The notes under the pieces: model-generated
Seen by the model: only the letters and a program-made list of their open reading frames with translations
What the model was told of the DNA's origin: nothing
The model's database searches: none
Assembly: GCA_963810095.1 (NCBI GenBank)
Contig: CAWEMM010000012.1
Span: 448,001-512,000 of the forward strand
Length of the DNA: 64,000 bases
DNA from: an uncultured Chloroflexia bacterium
GTDB taxonomy: Bacteria; Chloroflexota; Anaerolineae; CG2-30-64-16
Direction of reading: 5' to 3'
Shown: in pieces, positions 28,217-38,749 of the stretch
Layout of the letters: every line of letters begins with the position of its first letter
Position numbering within the stretch: the stretch's first letter is position 1
Made by a program: the position numbers and the translations under genes

Positions 28217-28270
28217 GCACTTTCGGATAGATTCTAAGCTCTGCCGGCTGTTTCCCCCAGGAGGTTGGCC

Positions 28271-29233
28271 ATGCCGTTTGCAAGCGTACAACCCATGCAC
28301 ATTCCCGACGGCTTCCTGTCCGTCGCGGTCTCCGTTGTCTTTTGGCTGCTCTCGATCCTGGCAGTGGCCTACGCGCTCCGCCGGCTGAACGCCGACCTCA
28401 ATGAGCGCAAGGTGCCGCTTATGGGCGTCCTGGCAGCAGCGATATTCGCCGGCCAGATGTTGAACTTCTCCGTTACCGGCGGCACCTCGGGCCACCTGAT
28501 GGGCGCGGCGATTGCCACCATCCTGCTCGGACCCTGGGCCGCCGTGCTCATCCTGACCGCAGTGGTCAGCATCCAGGCGCTGATCTTCCAGGACGGCGGC
28601 ATCCTGGCGCTCGGCGCGAACATCTTCAATATGGCCGTCGTTGGGGTCACCGTCGCCTACTTCACCTATCGCACCGCGCAGCGACTCGCGGGTGGAAGAA
28701 GGTGGGGGATCTTCGGAGGTGGCTTCGCCGCGGGCTGGCTGTCGATTTTCATTGCCGCGCTCGCGGTCGCACTGCAACTCGCGCTCTCGGGCACGTCGCC
28801 CGCCAATCTCGCCGTCCCGGCAATGGGTGCAATACACGCGCTGATCGGCGTCGGCGAGGGGTTGATTACGGTCGGCGCGCTGGCGTTCCTCTACACGGCC
28901 CGGCGCGACTTGGTCGTTCACGGTTCCGAAGGGGCGCCGGCCGGTAAGCTCATCTGGCTCGGCGGTCTCGTTCTGGCGCTCGGCCTCGCTGTCCTGGCGC
29001 CGCTCGCATCCTCGCACCCTGACGGCCTGGAGTGGGTTGCCGCGCAGAGCGGCTTCCTCGGCCTGCAGCGCGCGCCGTCGGGGGGTCTCCTGCAAGGCTA
29101 CATGCTGCCCGGAGTCTCGAACACCGCCGTCGCGACCATCCTGGCGGGCGCGATCGGCGTGCTGCTGGTCCTCGCGGTCGTAGTTGGCTTGGCGCTGGCC
29201 CGCCGGCGCCGGCCCGCAGAGAACGAGGCCTAG
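28271..29233 (+). CDS. cbiM: Co/Ni ECF transporter S component CbiM/NikM fused to a PDGLE (NikN) domain
   Basis: MHIPDGFL (from 28295), GTSGHL.G, FQDGG..ALGAN, ASSHPDGLE. Confidence 0.93.
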   Translation: MPFASVQPMHIPDGFLSVAVSVVFWLLSILAVAYALRRLNADLNERKVPLMGVLAAAIFAGQMLNFSVTGGTSGHLMGAAIATILLGPWAAVLILTAVVSIQALIFQDGGILALGANIFNMAVVGVTVAYFTYRTAQRLAGGRRWGIFGGGFAAGWLSIFIAALAVALQLALSGTSPANLAVPAMGAIHALIGVGEGLITVGALAFLYTARRDLVVHGSEGAPAGKLIWLGGLVLALGLAVLAPLASSHPDGLEWVAAQSGFLGLQRAPSGGLLQGYMLPGVSNTAVATILAGAIGVLLVLAVVVGLALARRRRPAENEA

Positions 29234-29238
29234 GCGCC

Positions 29239-30039
29239 ATGCACGCCCATTTTCTCGATCCATTTCGTGAAGGCGCTTCGCCGGTGCACAGGCTCGACCC
29301 ACGGATCAAGCTGGTGCTCGCGGTGGCCTTCATCCTGACGGCCGCGCTGATCCACCCCGGCGCGTGGCCGGCGTACGTGCTGCTCTTCGCCGGGGCCTTC
29401 TCGATCATCCTGCTGTCAGAGCTGGGCGTCGGCTTTGTCTACAAACGGGCGGTGCTGGCCGCGCCGTTCGTCCTCGCGGCCCTGCCGCTGCTCTTCACCG
29501 TGCCCGGCGAGGCGTTGGCGACCTTCCACATTGGGCCCTGGACCCTGACGCTGACTCAGCCCGGGCTCGTCCGCTTCATCAGCGTTGCGCTGAAGTCATG
29601 GATCTCAGTCCAGATTGCGATTGTGCTGGCCTCCACGACCGCTTTCCCCGACCTGCTGGCGGCCATGCGAGCGCTCAGGATCCCGCGGCTCTTGGTGGCA
29701 GTCATCGGCCTGATGTGGCGCTACCTCTTCGTCCTTGTCGACGAGGTGATGCGCCTGATGCGGGCACGCGAGGCGCGTAGCGGCCATCCGGCCGTGCCTG
29801 CGGGACGAGTGGGTGGATCGCTTGCCTGGCGGGGAAAAGTCACGGGCGGCATGGCGGGCAACCTCATGCTCCGCTCGTTTGACCGCTCCGAGCGCATCTA
29901 TGCCGCAATGGCCAGCCGCGGCTACGACGGCGAGGTGCGCGGCCTGCCGCGTCCGGCCGTGCCCTCGCTGGCCTGGGTCGTACTGGCGGGGGGCCTGCTG
30001 TTTCTGATGCTGATCCTGCTGTTGGGGCTTGTCCTGTGA
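29239..30039 (+). CDS. cbiQ: ECF transporter T component CbiQ/NikQ
   Basis: SPVHRLDPRIKL, RYL.VL.DE..R..RAR.AR, RSERIY.AM.SRGY.G. Confidence 0.93.
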   Translation: MHAHFLDPFREGASPVHRLDPRIKLVLAVAFILTAALIHPGAWPAYVLLFAGAFSIILLSELGVGFVYKRAVLAAPFVLAALPLLFTVPGEALATFHIGPWTLTLTQPGLVRFISVALKSWISVQIAIVLASTTAFPDLLAAMRALRIPRLLVAVIGLMWRYLFVLVDEVMRLMRAREARSGHPAVPAGRVGGSLAWRGKVTGGMAGNLMLRSFDRSERIYAAMASRGYDGEVRGLPRPAVPSLAWVVLAGGLLFLMLILLLGLVL

Positions 30040-30156
30040 AGGTTGCGATCAAGGTTACGAAGGGAGCGGAGGCGGATTCGCGGCCAGGCGGCGCCTCTTT
30101 CGCTCTGGCAGGGCCTCTGAGTTCTCTGTGCCCTGGGTGGCAAAAAAAGGTCTCTG

Positions 30157-30870
30157 ATGCATCACACAGTTGAAGTCGAACACTTATCATTCGCCTATCC
30201 CGACGGGCATCCTGCCCTCCACGATGTCACGCTTTCCATCGCGCCCGGCGAGAAGGTGGCTCTGCTGGGACCGAATGGTGCGGGCAAGTCGACCTTAATC
30301 CTGCACCTGAACGGGATTCTGAAGACGCAGCAGGGCCGGGTGTGCGTGGCAGGTTTGGAAGTCACCGACAAGACGCTCGGCCGCGTGCGCGCCTCGGTCG
30401 GCCTGGTCTTCCAGAATCCCGACGACCAGCTTTTTTCGCCGACCGTCTTCGACGACGTCGCGTTTGGCCCGATTTACCAGGGGCTGAAGCCGCCGGACGT
30501 CCGCGCCCGGGTCGACGAGGCGCTGGCTGCCGTCCGCATGAGCGAGTACAAACACCGGGTGTCGCACCACCTCAGCACCGGGGAGAAGAAGCGGATCGCG
30601 ATTGCGACCGTGCTGTCGATGCAACCCGAGATCCTGGTGCTCGACGAGCCGACCGCCGGCCTCGATCCACGCGCCCGCCGCGGCCTGATCAACCTGATTC
30701 GGGAACTGCCGCAGACCATGCTCATCGCGACGCACGATATCCGCATGGTCGTGGAGCTCTTCGATCGCTCGGTTATCATGGATGGCGGGGAGGTGGTGGC
30801 CGACGGGCCTTCTGCTCGGATTCTCGCAGACGAGGCGCTGCTGGCGTGCCATGGGCTGGAGGTCTACTGA
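30157..30870 (+). CDS. cbiO: ECF transporter ATPase CbiO/NikO
   Basis: GPNGAGKST, VFQNPDDQLF, LSTGEKKR, LDEPTAGLDP. Confidence 0.95.
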   Translation: MHHTVEVEHLSFAYPDGHPALHDVTLSIAPGEKVALLGPNGAGKSTLILHLNGILKTQQGRVCVAGLEVTDKTLGRVRASVGLVFQNPDDQLFSPTVFDDVAFGPIYQGLKPPDVRARVDEALAAVRMSEYKHRVSHHLSTGEKKRIAIATVLSMQPEILVLDEPTAGLDPRARRGLINLIRELPQTMLIATHDIRMVVELFDRSVIMDGGEVVADGPSARILADEALLACHGLEVY

Positions 30871-31301
30871 TGTCGTGCCAGGAGACCCTCTACCGTACGC
30901 TGCGTGAGAAAGGGATGCGCGTGACGCCCCAGCGCGAAATCGTGCTGTCGGTGCTCCATGACGTCGAAGATCATGCCGCGGTCGAGGAGATCTATCGCCG
31001 GGTCCAGATGCACAGCTCGGTCATGGACATTTCCACGGTCTACCGGACGCTCGAAATGCTCGGCGCGATGGGCATGCTCGACGTGCTGGACGGGGCGGAC
31101 GGCCAGCGCCGCTACGCGCTCCGTCACACCCACGACACGCACGTCCACCTGGTCTGCCAGGGCTGTGGCGCGGCGATCGAGGCCGACGTAAGGCCTGTCT
31201 CGGCGCTCGCAGCAACGCTGCGGGCCTCCTATGGCTTCGTTCTCGACGACCATCATCTGACACTCCCCGGGCGTTGTGCCGGCTGCTGCGCCGAAGCGTA
31301 A
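30870..31301 (+). CDS. Fur-family metalloregulator (Nur/Zur-like)
   Basis: GMRVTPQR, STVYRTL, HVHLVCQGCG, GRCAGC; overlaps the cbiO stop. Confidence 0.92.
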   Translation: MSCQETLYRTLREKGMRVTPQREIVLSVLHDVEDHAAVEEIYRRVQMHSSVMDISTVYRTLEMLGAMGMLDVLDGADGQRRYALRHTHDTHVHLVCQGCGAAIEADVRPVSALAATLRASYGFVLDDHHLTLPGRCAGCCAEA

Positions 31302-31425
31302 ACTGGACAGTACGCGCTGTGGGGCAAGCTGAAGCTCGCCCCACATGGATAGCGGCCATCGTTCCTCGTCGTTCATACTTAAGTTGCAGAGCGACCCAGT
31401 ACGTTCTCCTCTTCACAGGCTGCGG

Positions 31426-31453
31426 TTGACGTGTTAGAATTGTCAAGTATATT
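31426..31453 (+). promoter_or_regulatory. Promoter of the multicopper oxidase gene with an overlapping inverted repeat
   Basis: TTGACG-N16-TATATT; TTGAC-N11-GTCAA palindrome at 31426-31446. Confidence 0.6.
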
Positions 31454-31484
31454 GTGAGATTCCCCGCACTGGCCGAGGTACACG

Positions 31485-33099
31485 ATGAATACTGCACGTT
31501 CCACCAGCCGCCGAGGCTTCCTCAAGCTAGCAGGCGCCAGCTCTGCCGTGTTGCTGGCTCAATTGGCGGGCGATGCTCGGGGCCTGGATTCCATCGCTTA
31601 GGCCTCAGCCGGTGCAGCCCCTGCTGCGAACAACCAGGCCGCCGCCAGGAGTGTCGTCGTCGACATGGACGTCGCGCCCAAGAGCGCACAGGTCTTTGCC
31701 AAGGGCGGCGGCACGCAGGCACTAAGCTACCAGGTCACAAAGGTACAATCGGCCGACCCACAGTGGACCGTCACCAACATTCCCGGCAGCTACCTGGGGC
31801 CCATCCTGCGCGTCCGCAAGGGCGACCGGCTCCGCGTCAATGTCACAAATCGCTTGCCGGAAGACACGACGGTGCACTGGCACGGGCCTCACATCCCGTC
31901 TGACATGGACGGGCACCCGATGGACGCTATCGGCCCTGGCGCCACCCGCATGTACGAGTTCGACATCATCGACCGGGCCGCTCCACTCTGGTTCCACCCC
32001 CACCCGATGCACCGCACCGCGGAGCAGGTTTACGCGGGGCTTGCAGGCCTGCTCCTGGTCTCAGACGACGAGGAAGATGCGGTCGCACCCGGGTTGAGCA
32101 CGGGCGAGCATGACGTGCCGCTGGTGCTCCAGGATCGCCTTTTCGACGCCAACAACCAGTTTCTGTACCAGCCGAACATGATGTGGGGTGCTCTCGGCGA
32201 TCGCATTCTCGTCAACGGCTTCGCGGGATACCGCCAGGAGCTCCAGCCCCGCGCTTACCGCCTGCGCTTCTACAACGGCTCCAATGCCCGCACGTACAAG
32301 CTCGCATGGAGCGATGGGACCGCCTGGCAGGTGATCGGCACGGACGGCGGCCTGCTGGGCGCACCCGTTAGCCGCGACTACCTGACGCTCATGCCCGGCG
32401 AGCGCATCGACGCGTGGTGTGACTTCCGGGCCGCGCGGGCAAGGAAATCACCTTGCGCACCCTGCCCTTTACCGCCGGTACAATGGGCGGCATGATGGGC
32501 GGGGGCATGGGCGGCGGCAGGGCATGGGCGGCGCCATGGGCATGATGGGCGGCATGGCAGGGGGCCTCGCTAACGGCGCGGCGTTCGACATTATGACGGT
32601 TGCCGTTGGCACAAAAAAGGCCGATTCGCCCCGGCTAGGCACTTTCCCGGCCATCAAGCCCTTTGATCCGAAGGACGTTGTCAACTACAACAGCCCGCGC
32701 ACGTTCTCGCTTGCAATGGGAATGATGATGTCCTGGACCATCAACGGCCGGGTCTTCAACGACAACAACATGATGGAAGTGGCGCCGGACGAAAAAGTCC
32801 TCCTCAACACGACCGAAGCGTGGGAATGGATCAACAACGGCCCGATACCCCATCCCATGCACATCCACAACGTGCAGTTTCAGGTTTTGCAGCGCCAGGG
32901 CGGCATTGCCGGCAGCGACGACCGGTCAAGGCCGGCTTGTCGATACGGGCTGGAAGGACACCGCCGCGGTCGGCCGGGCGAGCGGGTGCGGGTTGCGACG
33001 CGCTTCGCACCCTATGCGGGCCTCTATATGTACCATTGCCACATCCTCGAACATGAGGACATGACGATGATGCGGAACAACGAAATCGTGAAGAAGTAA
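31485..33099 (+). CDS. Tat-exported multicopper oxidase (CueO/laccase-like) with a Met-rich loop; several frameshifts
   Basis: ATG at 31485 gives SRRGFLK Tat motif; Cu-ligand motifs HWHG, WFHPH, HPMHIH, HCHILEHEDMTM spread over ORFs 31665-32495 and 32419-33099. Confidence 0.88.
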
Positions 33100-33175
33100 G
33101 CCCGGCGCGCGGGCCGGCGGTTCTTTTCCACACCACGCTTGACGCCTTCATCGCCTTGCAAGAGGAGCATTTACC

Positions 33176-33730
33176 GTGAGGGATCTTTACCGGCTGGCGA
33201 CCAAGAACATTGCGGGAAGTTCGTTCCGCAGCGCGGTCGTCCTGCTCTGTGCCCTGGTCGTCACCGGCCTGGCCGTTTCTACACTGTTGATCGTCCGCGG
33301 CGCACAGCAAAGCCTGCAGCTGGCGATGGACCGGCTGGGCGCCGATATCATCGTCGTGCCGGAAGGCGCGGAGACCAAGGTCGAGAGCGCGCTATCTGAT
33401 GGGCGATCCCACCCGGGTGTGGATGCCGGAAAGCGTGCTGGCCCAGATTTCGGCGATCGAAGGCGTCGAGAAAGCGACGCCACAGCTCTATCTTTCCAGC
33501 CTCAGGAACGCCTCCTGCTGCGCGGTCTCCGATATGTTCATGGTGGTTACGATCCGGCCACGGACTTCACCGTGGAGCCGTGGCTCGAGTCGAGGCTGGG
33601 CGGCGGCCTGGGGTTAGGTGAAGCAGTCGGAGGCACCCACGTCTTCGTGCCTGAGGGCGAGCAGAACATCAAGCTCTACGGGTATTTCGTAACGCTGCGC
33701 GGCAACATGGAGCCCACCGGCTACGCTTGA
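33176..33730 (+). pseudogene. Truncated FtsX/MacB-type ABC permease (N-terminal part only, frameshifted)
   Basis: LATKNI...RS..., DRLGADIIVVP; ends abruptly at EPTG without C-terminal TM helices. Confidence 0.7.
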
Positions 33731-33770
33731 CCACATCAGCAAGACTTACGAGGTTGCGAAAGAGAATAAG

Positions 33771-34781
33771 GTGGCGCCGGTGATTTCCGCGAACGCGGGC
33801 GACCTGATCGAAGTGCGCTTGAAGAACCTGGGCGCAGCGAACGCGGACGAATTCGTGCCCGCGGTGGCGCTCGAATTCGAGGATACGCGCATTTTGTCGG
33901 AGGCCACGGTCACGGGCACGATCCCACCCGGGTCTCCCTCGATGGCCCTGCCGGCCGTCGCCGGAGAGCCGGCCTCGGGCAACGTCCTGGTATACACCTT
34001 CTCGGCGCCCGCGGCCGGCAAATATGCCTACACCCTGGTCACTTCCGGGCACGCCGAGCACGACATGGACATGTCCGTGGGCGACATGGCGACCTGCATG
34101 TGTCCCTGCTGCCAGGCCATGCGACGGATGGGCATGAGCATGGGCCCCATGAGCATGGGCGCCATGAGCATGGACGCGAGCATGGACATGTCGGACATGG
34201 GCGTTTTCCCGACGTTGCCGGCGGCCGTCCGAGGCTCTTTTGAGATCCGAGAGCAGGAACCGGCCGGCGGTGACCAAGCCGCGGTCCGGATCGAACGCGC
34301 AGCCGAGAACGACCGCATCCGCGGTTTGCAGGCCGGCACGCCGTTCCAGGTGCTCGTGCCCGCCTACCTGCCGCCCGTATTCGATCGCAGCCGGGCCGAG
34401 GTCCGTACGCTGGCGGCGGCCGGCAGGGGTTCGGTGGTCGAACTGACCTATCGCTCGCCGAGGTCTGCAGTATTCGTGACCGAGTGGTTGCCGCAGGAGG
34501 AAGGCTCTGAAACGCTGGTGGGGTCGACGGGCATCGAGATGGGCGCCACCGGCGCAATGAGCGGCACGATGCCCATGGGCCAAATGGGTGCCATGGGCGC
34601 CACCGGCGCCATGACGGGGACCTCGCAGATGGGTATGATGGGCTGCTCGGCCATGATGGGAAGCACGGGCATGATGGGCTCGACGGGCGTCATGTCGGGC
34701 ACGATGGGCACGACGAACTGTCCGTTGCTTGGCGTCACGCCCACCCCGGCCCCCGCCGCAACCGCGCAGTCCAACTCGTAG
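33771..34781 (+). CDS. Met-rich, cupredoxin-like metal-binding protein, probably 5'-truncated
   Basis: AGDLIEVRLKN...YTFSAPAAGKYAY (cupredoxin-like strands), HAEHDMDM, CMCPCC, two long Met/Gly tracts; no convincing RBS. Confidence 0.55.
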   Translation: MAPVISANAGDLIEVRLKNLGAANADEFVPAVALEFEDTRILSEATVTGTIPPGSPSMALPAVAGEPASGNVLVYTFSAPAAGKYAYTLVTSGHAEHDMDMSVGDMATCMCPCCQAMRRMGMSMGPMSMGAMSMDASMDMSDMGVFPTLPAAVRGSFEIREQEPAGGDQAAVRIERAAENDRIRGLQAGTPFQVLVPAYLPPVFDRSRAEVRTLAAAGRGSVVELTYRSPRSAVFVTEWLPQEEGSETLVGSTGIEMGATGAMSGTMPMGQMGAMGATGAMTGTSQMGMMGCSAMMGSTGMMGSTGVMSGTMGTTNCPLLGVTPTPAPAATAQSNS

Positions 34782-34878
34782 CGCGAGCCTGCCTTCTGCG
34801 CAACTCCGTCTCGGCCAGATTGGGCCGCCTCGGGCTGGGCTCCTGTATAATGTGGCAAACCGCACGACAGGAGCCCTT

Positions 34879-35985
34879 ATGCCCGCTAAGATCACCCGCA
34901 TCGACGTCTACAAGCTGAACGTCGCGCTGCACGAGCCGTTCGTCATCGCGCTCGGCACGAGCTATCAGGCCGAAAACCTCCTCGTTCGCATCCACACCTC
35001 CGACGGGCTGACGGGCTGGGGCGAGGGATCGCCGCTCCCCACCATCAACGGCGAAACGCAGGCAATCGCGTTTGACGCGGCCCAGGCACTGGCCCGCCTT
35101 CTGATCGGCAAGGACCCATCCGACATCGAGGGCCGGGTCGCCGACATGAACGCGGCGCTGCCTCATAACACCTCCGCCAAGTGCGCTCTCGACGTCGCGC
35201 TGTACGACCTGCTCGGCAAAGCCGCGGGCATGCCCCTCTATGCGCTTTTGGGGGGTCAGAACCGCCGCATCCGCACCGACTTCACCATCAGCCTCACCGC
35301 GCCGGAACACATTGCGGCCAAGGCGCGGGCGGTGAAGGCCCGTGGATTCCGCACGATCAAGCTGAAACTGGGGACCAACCGGCAGGACGACGTGGCCCGG
35401 GTGCGCACCGTCCGCGAGGCCGTGGGCGACGACGTGGGCCTGAGCGTGGATGCGAACCAGGGCTGGTCGGCCGCGACGGCTATCACCATCCTCCGAGAAA
35501 TCGATCGTTACGGGGTGGAACACTGCGAGCAGCCGGTGCCGAGATGGGACCACGCCGCACTCAAGGCAGTGAGCGACGGCAGCCCAATCCCCATCGTCGC
35601 CGACGAGGCGTGCTTCGACCACCACGACGCCTACACGCTCGCGCGCGAGCGTGCTGCGAGCATGTTCAACATCAAGCTGAGCAAGTCGGGCGGCATTCAC
35701 ACTGCGCTCAAGATCGCAGCGATCGCCGAGGCAGCGGGCCTGCGCTGCATGATCGGCTGCATGCTGGAAGCGCGGCTGGGCATTGCGGCCAGCGCCCACC
35801 TCGCCGCGGCTCGTCCCGTGATCGCCTATGCCGATCTCGACGGCATCCTGCTCCATTCGGAAGACCCGGTGGCGGGCGGGGTCACGGTCGACGGCGACGA
35901 GTTGGTCCTGTCGGATGCGCCCGGAATCGGCGTGGAGATGGACGAGCGGTTCGTCGAGCGGCTGGAGCGCGTCAGCGTGGCCTGA
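34879..35985 (+). CDS. L-Ala-D/L-Glu dipeptide epimerase (enolase superfamily)
   Basis: GWGEG.P, KLKLG, DANQGW, EQP, ADE, NIKL.KSGG, MIGCMLE, DLDG. Confidence 0.92.
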   Translation: MPAKITRIDVYKLNVALHEPFVIALGTSYQAENLLVRIHTSDGLTGWGEGSPLPTINGETQAIAFDAAQALARLLIGKDPSDIEGRVADMNAALPHNTSAKCALDVALYDLLGKAAGMPLYALLGGQNRRIRTDFTISLTAPEHIAAKARAVKARGFRTIKLKLGTNRQDDVARVRTVREAVGDDVGLSVDANQGWSAATAITILREIDRYGVEHCEQPVPRWDHAALKAVSDGSPIPIVADEACFDHHDAYTLARERAASMFNIKLSKSGGIHTALKIAAIAEAAGLRCMIGCMLEARLGIAASAHLAAARPVIAYADLDGILLHSEDPVAGGVTVDGDELVLSDAPGIGVEMDERFVERLERVSVA

Positions 35986-36111
35986 GTTCGCCCCACCCCT
36001 CCTCGTTCCTGCAGAATGCATCCCGAAATAATCTTGCAGCATCCGACGCGTACGGGAACAAGTGCTGCACTGGCTCCGTCTTCGGGACAACACCAAGCGG
36101 AGGAGTGAACT

Positions 36112-36825
36112 GTGTCCCGTAGAAGTACGCCTCTATTCGTGCTGTTGGCCTTCATGCTGGCGGCCGCATCGGGTTGCGTGGCTGTGCCCGTGAGCAGCAC
36201 GTCGACCGGTACGGGCACGCCCGGATCGCCCATTATCGAGGTGGAGACGGCGAGCGTGCCCTCGACGACAGTAACAGCGGAGCAGACGGCCGGGGTGTTA
36301 CAGCCAACCGTCGAGATGCTTGCGACAGCCACAGAGACGCCGGCCCGCACTGAGACGCCCGTCGCTACCCCTGCGGCGACCGCGACCGTGACGACAACAG
36401 GAACTATCGAAACGACCGCTGTGCCCCTGACGCCCTCGCCGGCGCTGCAGTATTACCGGGGACCTAACCCCTACCGCGCCACACCACTCTTCGAGGTCGC
36501 ATACGACCCCAGCCGGTGGCAGTACGTGGAGGACGACGGAACGGGGCGGCCGAGCCAACTCAAGCACCGGGAGATGGACGGTTGCGCCATCTGGCTGCGT
36601 GCCGGCCCCGTCGATGCGAAGCAGGTGGGCACGGTGTGGCTGGCCGAACGTGCGTGGAGCGTGGCCCAGGTTCAACCCAAGGTGATCGAGTACGTGTCGC
36701 CGCAGGAGGATTTCGCATGGATCTTCGGCGTTCTGCTCTCAGAGGAATTTACAGGGCGGGCCAATAGCAACTGCCAGGATGCGGCCGAGCAGGTCATCGG
36801 GACGTTCAGGGTCGTGCCCGGGTGA
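36112..36825 (+). CDS. Hypothetical lipoprotein with a Thr/Pro-rich linker
   Basis: Lipobox ASGC; GGAGG RBS before the GTG start. Confidence 0.7.
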   Translation: MSRRSTPLFVLLAFMLAAASGCVAVPVSSTSTGTGTPGSPIIEVETASVPSTTVTAEQTAGVLQPTVEMLATATETPARTETPVATPAATATVTTTGTIETTAVPLTPSPALQYYRGPNPYRATPLFEVAYDPSRWQYVEDDGTGRPSQLKHREMDGCAIWLRAGPVDAKQVGTVWLAERAWSVAQVQPKVIEYVSPQEDFAWIFGVLLSEEFTGRANSNCQDAAEQVIGTFRVVPG

Positions 36826-37060
36826 CGCTCGGCGCGGGGGGTGCAACGCCTCCCGCCGCCGCCGGTCCTCGTGGTCGGAGCGCGAAGGGCGAGTCCCGAT
36901 TCGCGCTCCCTGCCACCAATGACCACTAATTGCTGCAGCAAAACTTATGTCTCCTAAGTGGAGCAAATGTTGTGCGAACGGCGTCACTGAAGTATACTGA
37001 AGCCCGAAATCGCCCCTGGGGCGCGATGGTTTCGGCATCATTCTCGTTTCGGTAAGGGCC

Positions 37061-38660
37061 ATGAGCACACCACACGCATCCACCCCTCCCGCACCGCAGG
37101 CGCGGCGCAGCATCGCGCCGTGGGTCTTCATTGTCTTCTGGCTGCTCATTCTCGCGCTCGTCGCAGTGCTCGTTTTGTCGCTGGCCAACATTTACCAAGG
37201 CGACGTGATCCTGTCGGGCGTCACCGCGCTGGGACAGGACCTGGGCGGGCGGACGCGCTCTGAGGCCAGCCAGATCATCAAGGGTGAGTGGCAGAACCGC
37301 AAGATCATCCTGGACGCGGACGAGTTGAGCTGGACGCTGTCACCTGAGCAGCTCGGCGTCATCCTGGATGCCGATGCGATGGCAGAGGCGGCTTACCAGC
37401 AGGGTCGCGGGCAGCCGGGGCTCGAGAGCCTCCTGCCAACCGCCCGGCGCATCCTGGCGTCGTCCGGGCTCGTCCCGCTCGCCGCCGACACGGCCGCGGT
37501 CACACCTGTATGGCGTTTTGATCGGGGCGTGGCAACGGAGACGATTCGCACCCTGGCCGGGCAGATTGACGTGCCGGTCGCAAATGCCGGCGTGACGGTC
37601 GTCGACGGCAAGGTGGAGACGACGCCGGGGCAGGCCGGCCAGGCGCTTGACGTGGGCGCCATGCTCACAGCGCTCGAGTCGCAGCCGTGGGAGGTTGCGC
37701 TGGCCCGGCCCCAAAACCTGCCCCTGCGCTTCACCATGCCGGTCGTGCAACAAGCTCCGCCCATCAACGACGTCTCGTCGATCGTAAATGAGATCACGCC
37801 GCTGCTGGGCAGCCCCATCGCCGTGCGCCTGTACGACCCAATCCGGGATGAACGACTGGCATGGACGATCCAGCCCGCGGACATGGGGCGCTGGGTGGGC
37901 GTGGGCGAAGGGCAGGACGAAGCGAGCGGTCAGAAGAAGCTCACCTGGTCCGTCGACGAGACCAAGGTGCGCGACTTTGTCGCGGCTCAAAATGCTTCGT
38001 TCGGCGACGAGCGCTTTGTCGACGCGGATGCCGTCGCGCCGGCCCTGGCCGAAGCGTTTCGGAAGCAGGAGGGCGAGGTCAAGTTCACCGTGAAGCACGG
38101 GGAACGTAAACACGTCGTCAAGCCGGGCGAGACCCTGTCGAGCATCGCATACGATTACGGTTTCCCGTATCCATACCTGATGCTGGCCAATCCGGGCAAA
38201 GACACCCTGCTCGCCGGCGACACCATTACCATTCCGTCCGTCGACGTGCTGACGCCGCTGCCGGCGGTCGAGAACAAGCGCATCATCATCAACATGCCGA
38301 AGCAGACGGTGAAAGTGTACGAGAACGGCCAGGTCAAATGGGACTGGGTGGGCAGCACAGGCATCGACTCCAGCCCGACTTCGCCGGGCATCTTCCAGGT
38401 GCAGACGCACGAGGAAATGGCGTACGCGGCCAACTGGGACCTGTACATGCCCTGGTTCATGGGGATTTACCGCCCCGTGCCGGGGCAGGAATTCATGAAC
38501 GGCTTCCACGGCTTCCCCAGTCGCGACCGGCGGCAGCTGCTGTGGACGAAGAACCTCGGCAAGCGGGTCACGTACGGCTGCATCCTGCTCAGCACCGAAA
38601 ACGCCGAAGCTGCTGTACGACTGGGCCGAGCCGGGCGTCATTGTAGAGATTCAGAAGTAA
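37061..38660 (+). CDS. L,D-transpeptidase (membrane anchor, PG-binding region, LysM, YkuD); frameshift near 38610
   Basis: HVVKPGETLSSIA LysM; GFHG...LG..VTYGCI catalytic motif; the shifted frame restores LLYDWAEPGVIVEIQK-stop at 38660. Confidence 0.88.
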
Positions 38661-38749
38661 CCCGTTCTCGCCGGCCGCTCTCTTGAGCTGTGGTTGAGGA
38701 GCGAGCCGGTGAGCGGGGTCCGTAGGGTTCGTATTGTGAAGAAGGAGAG

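Noticed and set aside
28064-28270. Cobalamin or NiCo riboswitch upstream of cbiM
   Set aside because: I could not find the B12-box or the NiCo four-way-junction consensus by eye; the leader is reported only as an unexplained structure.
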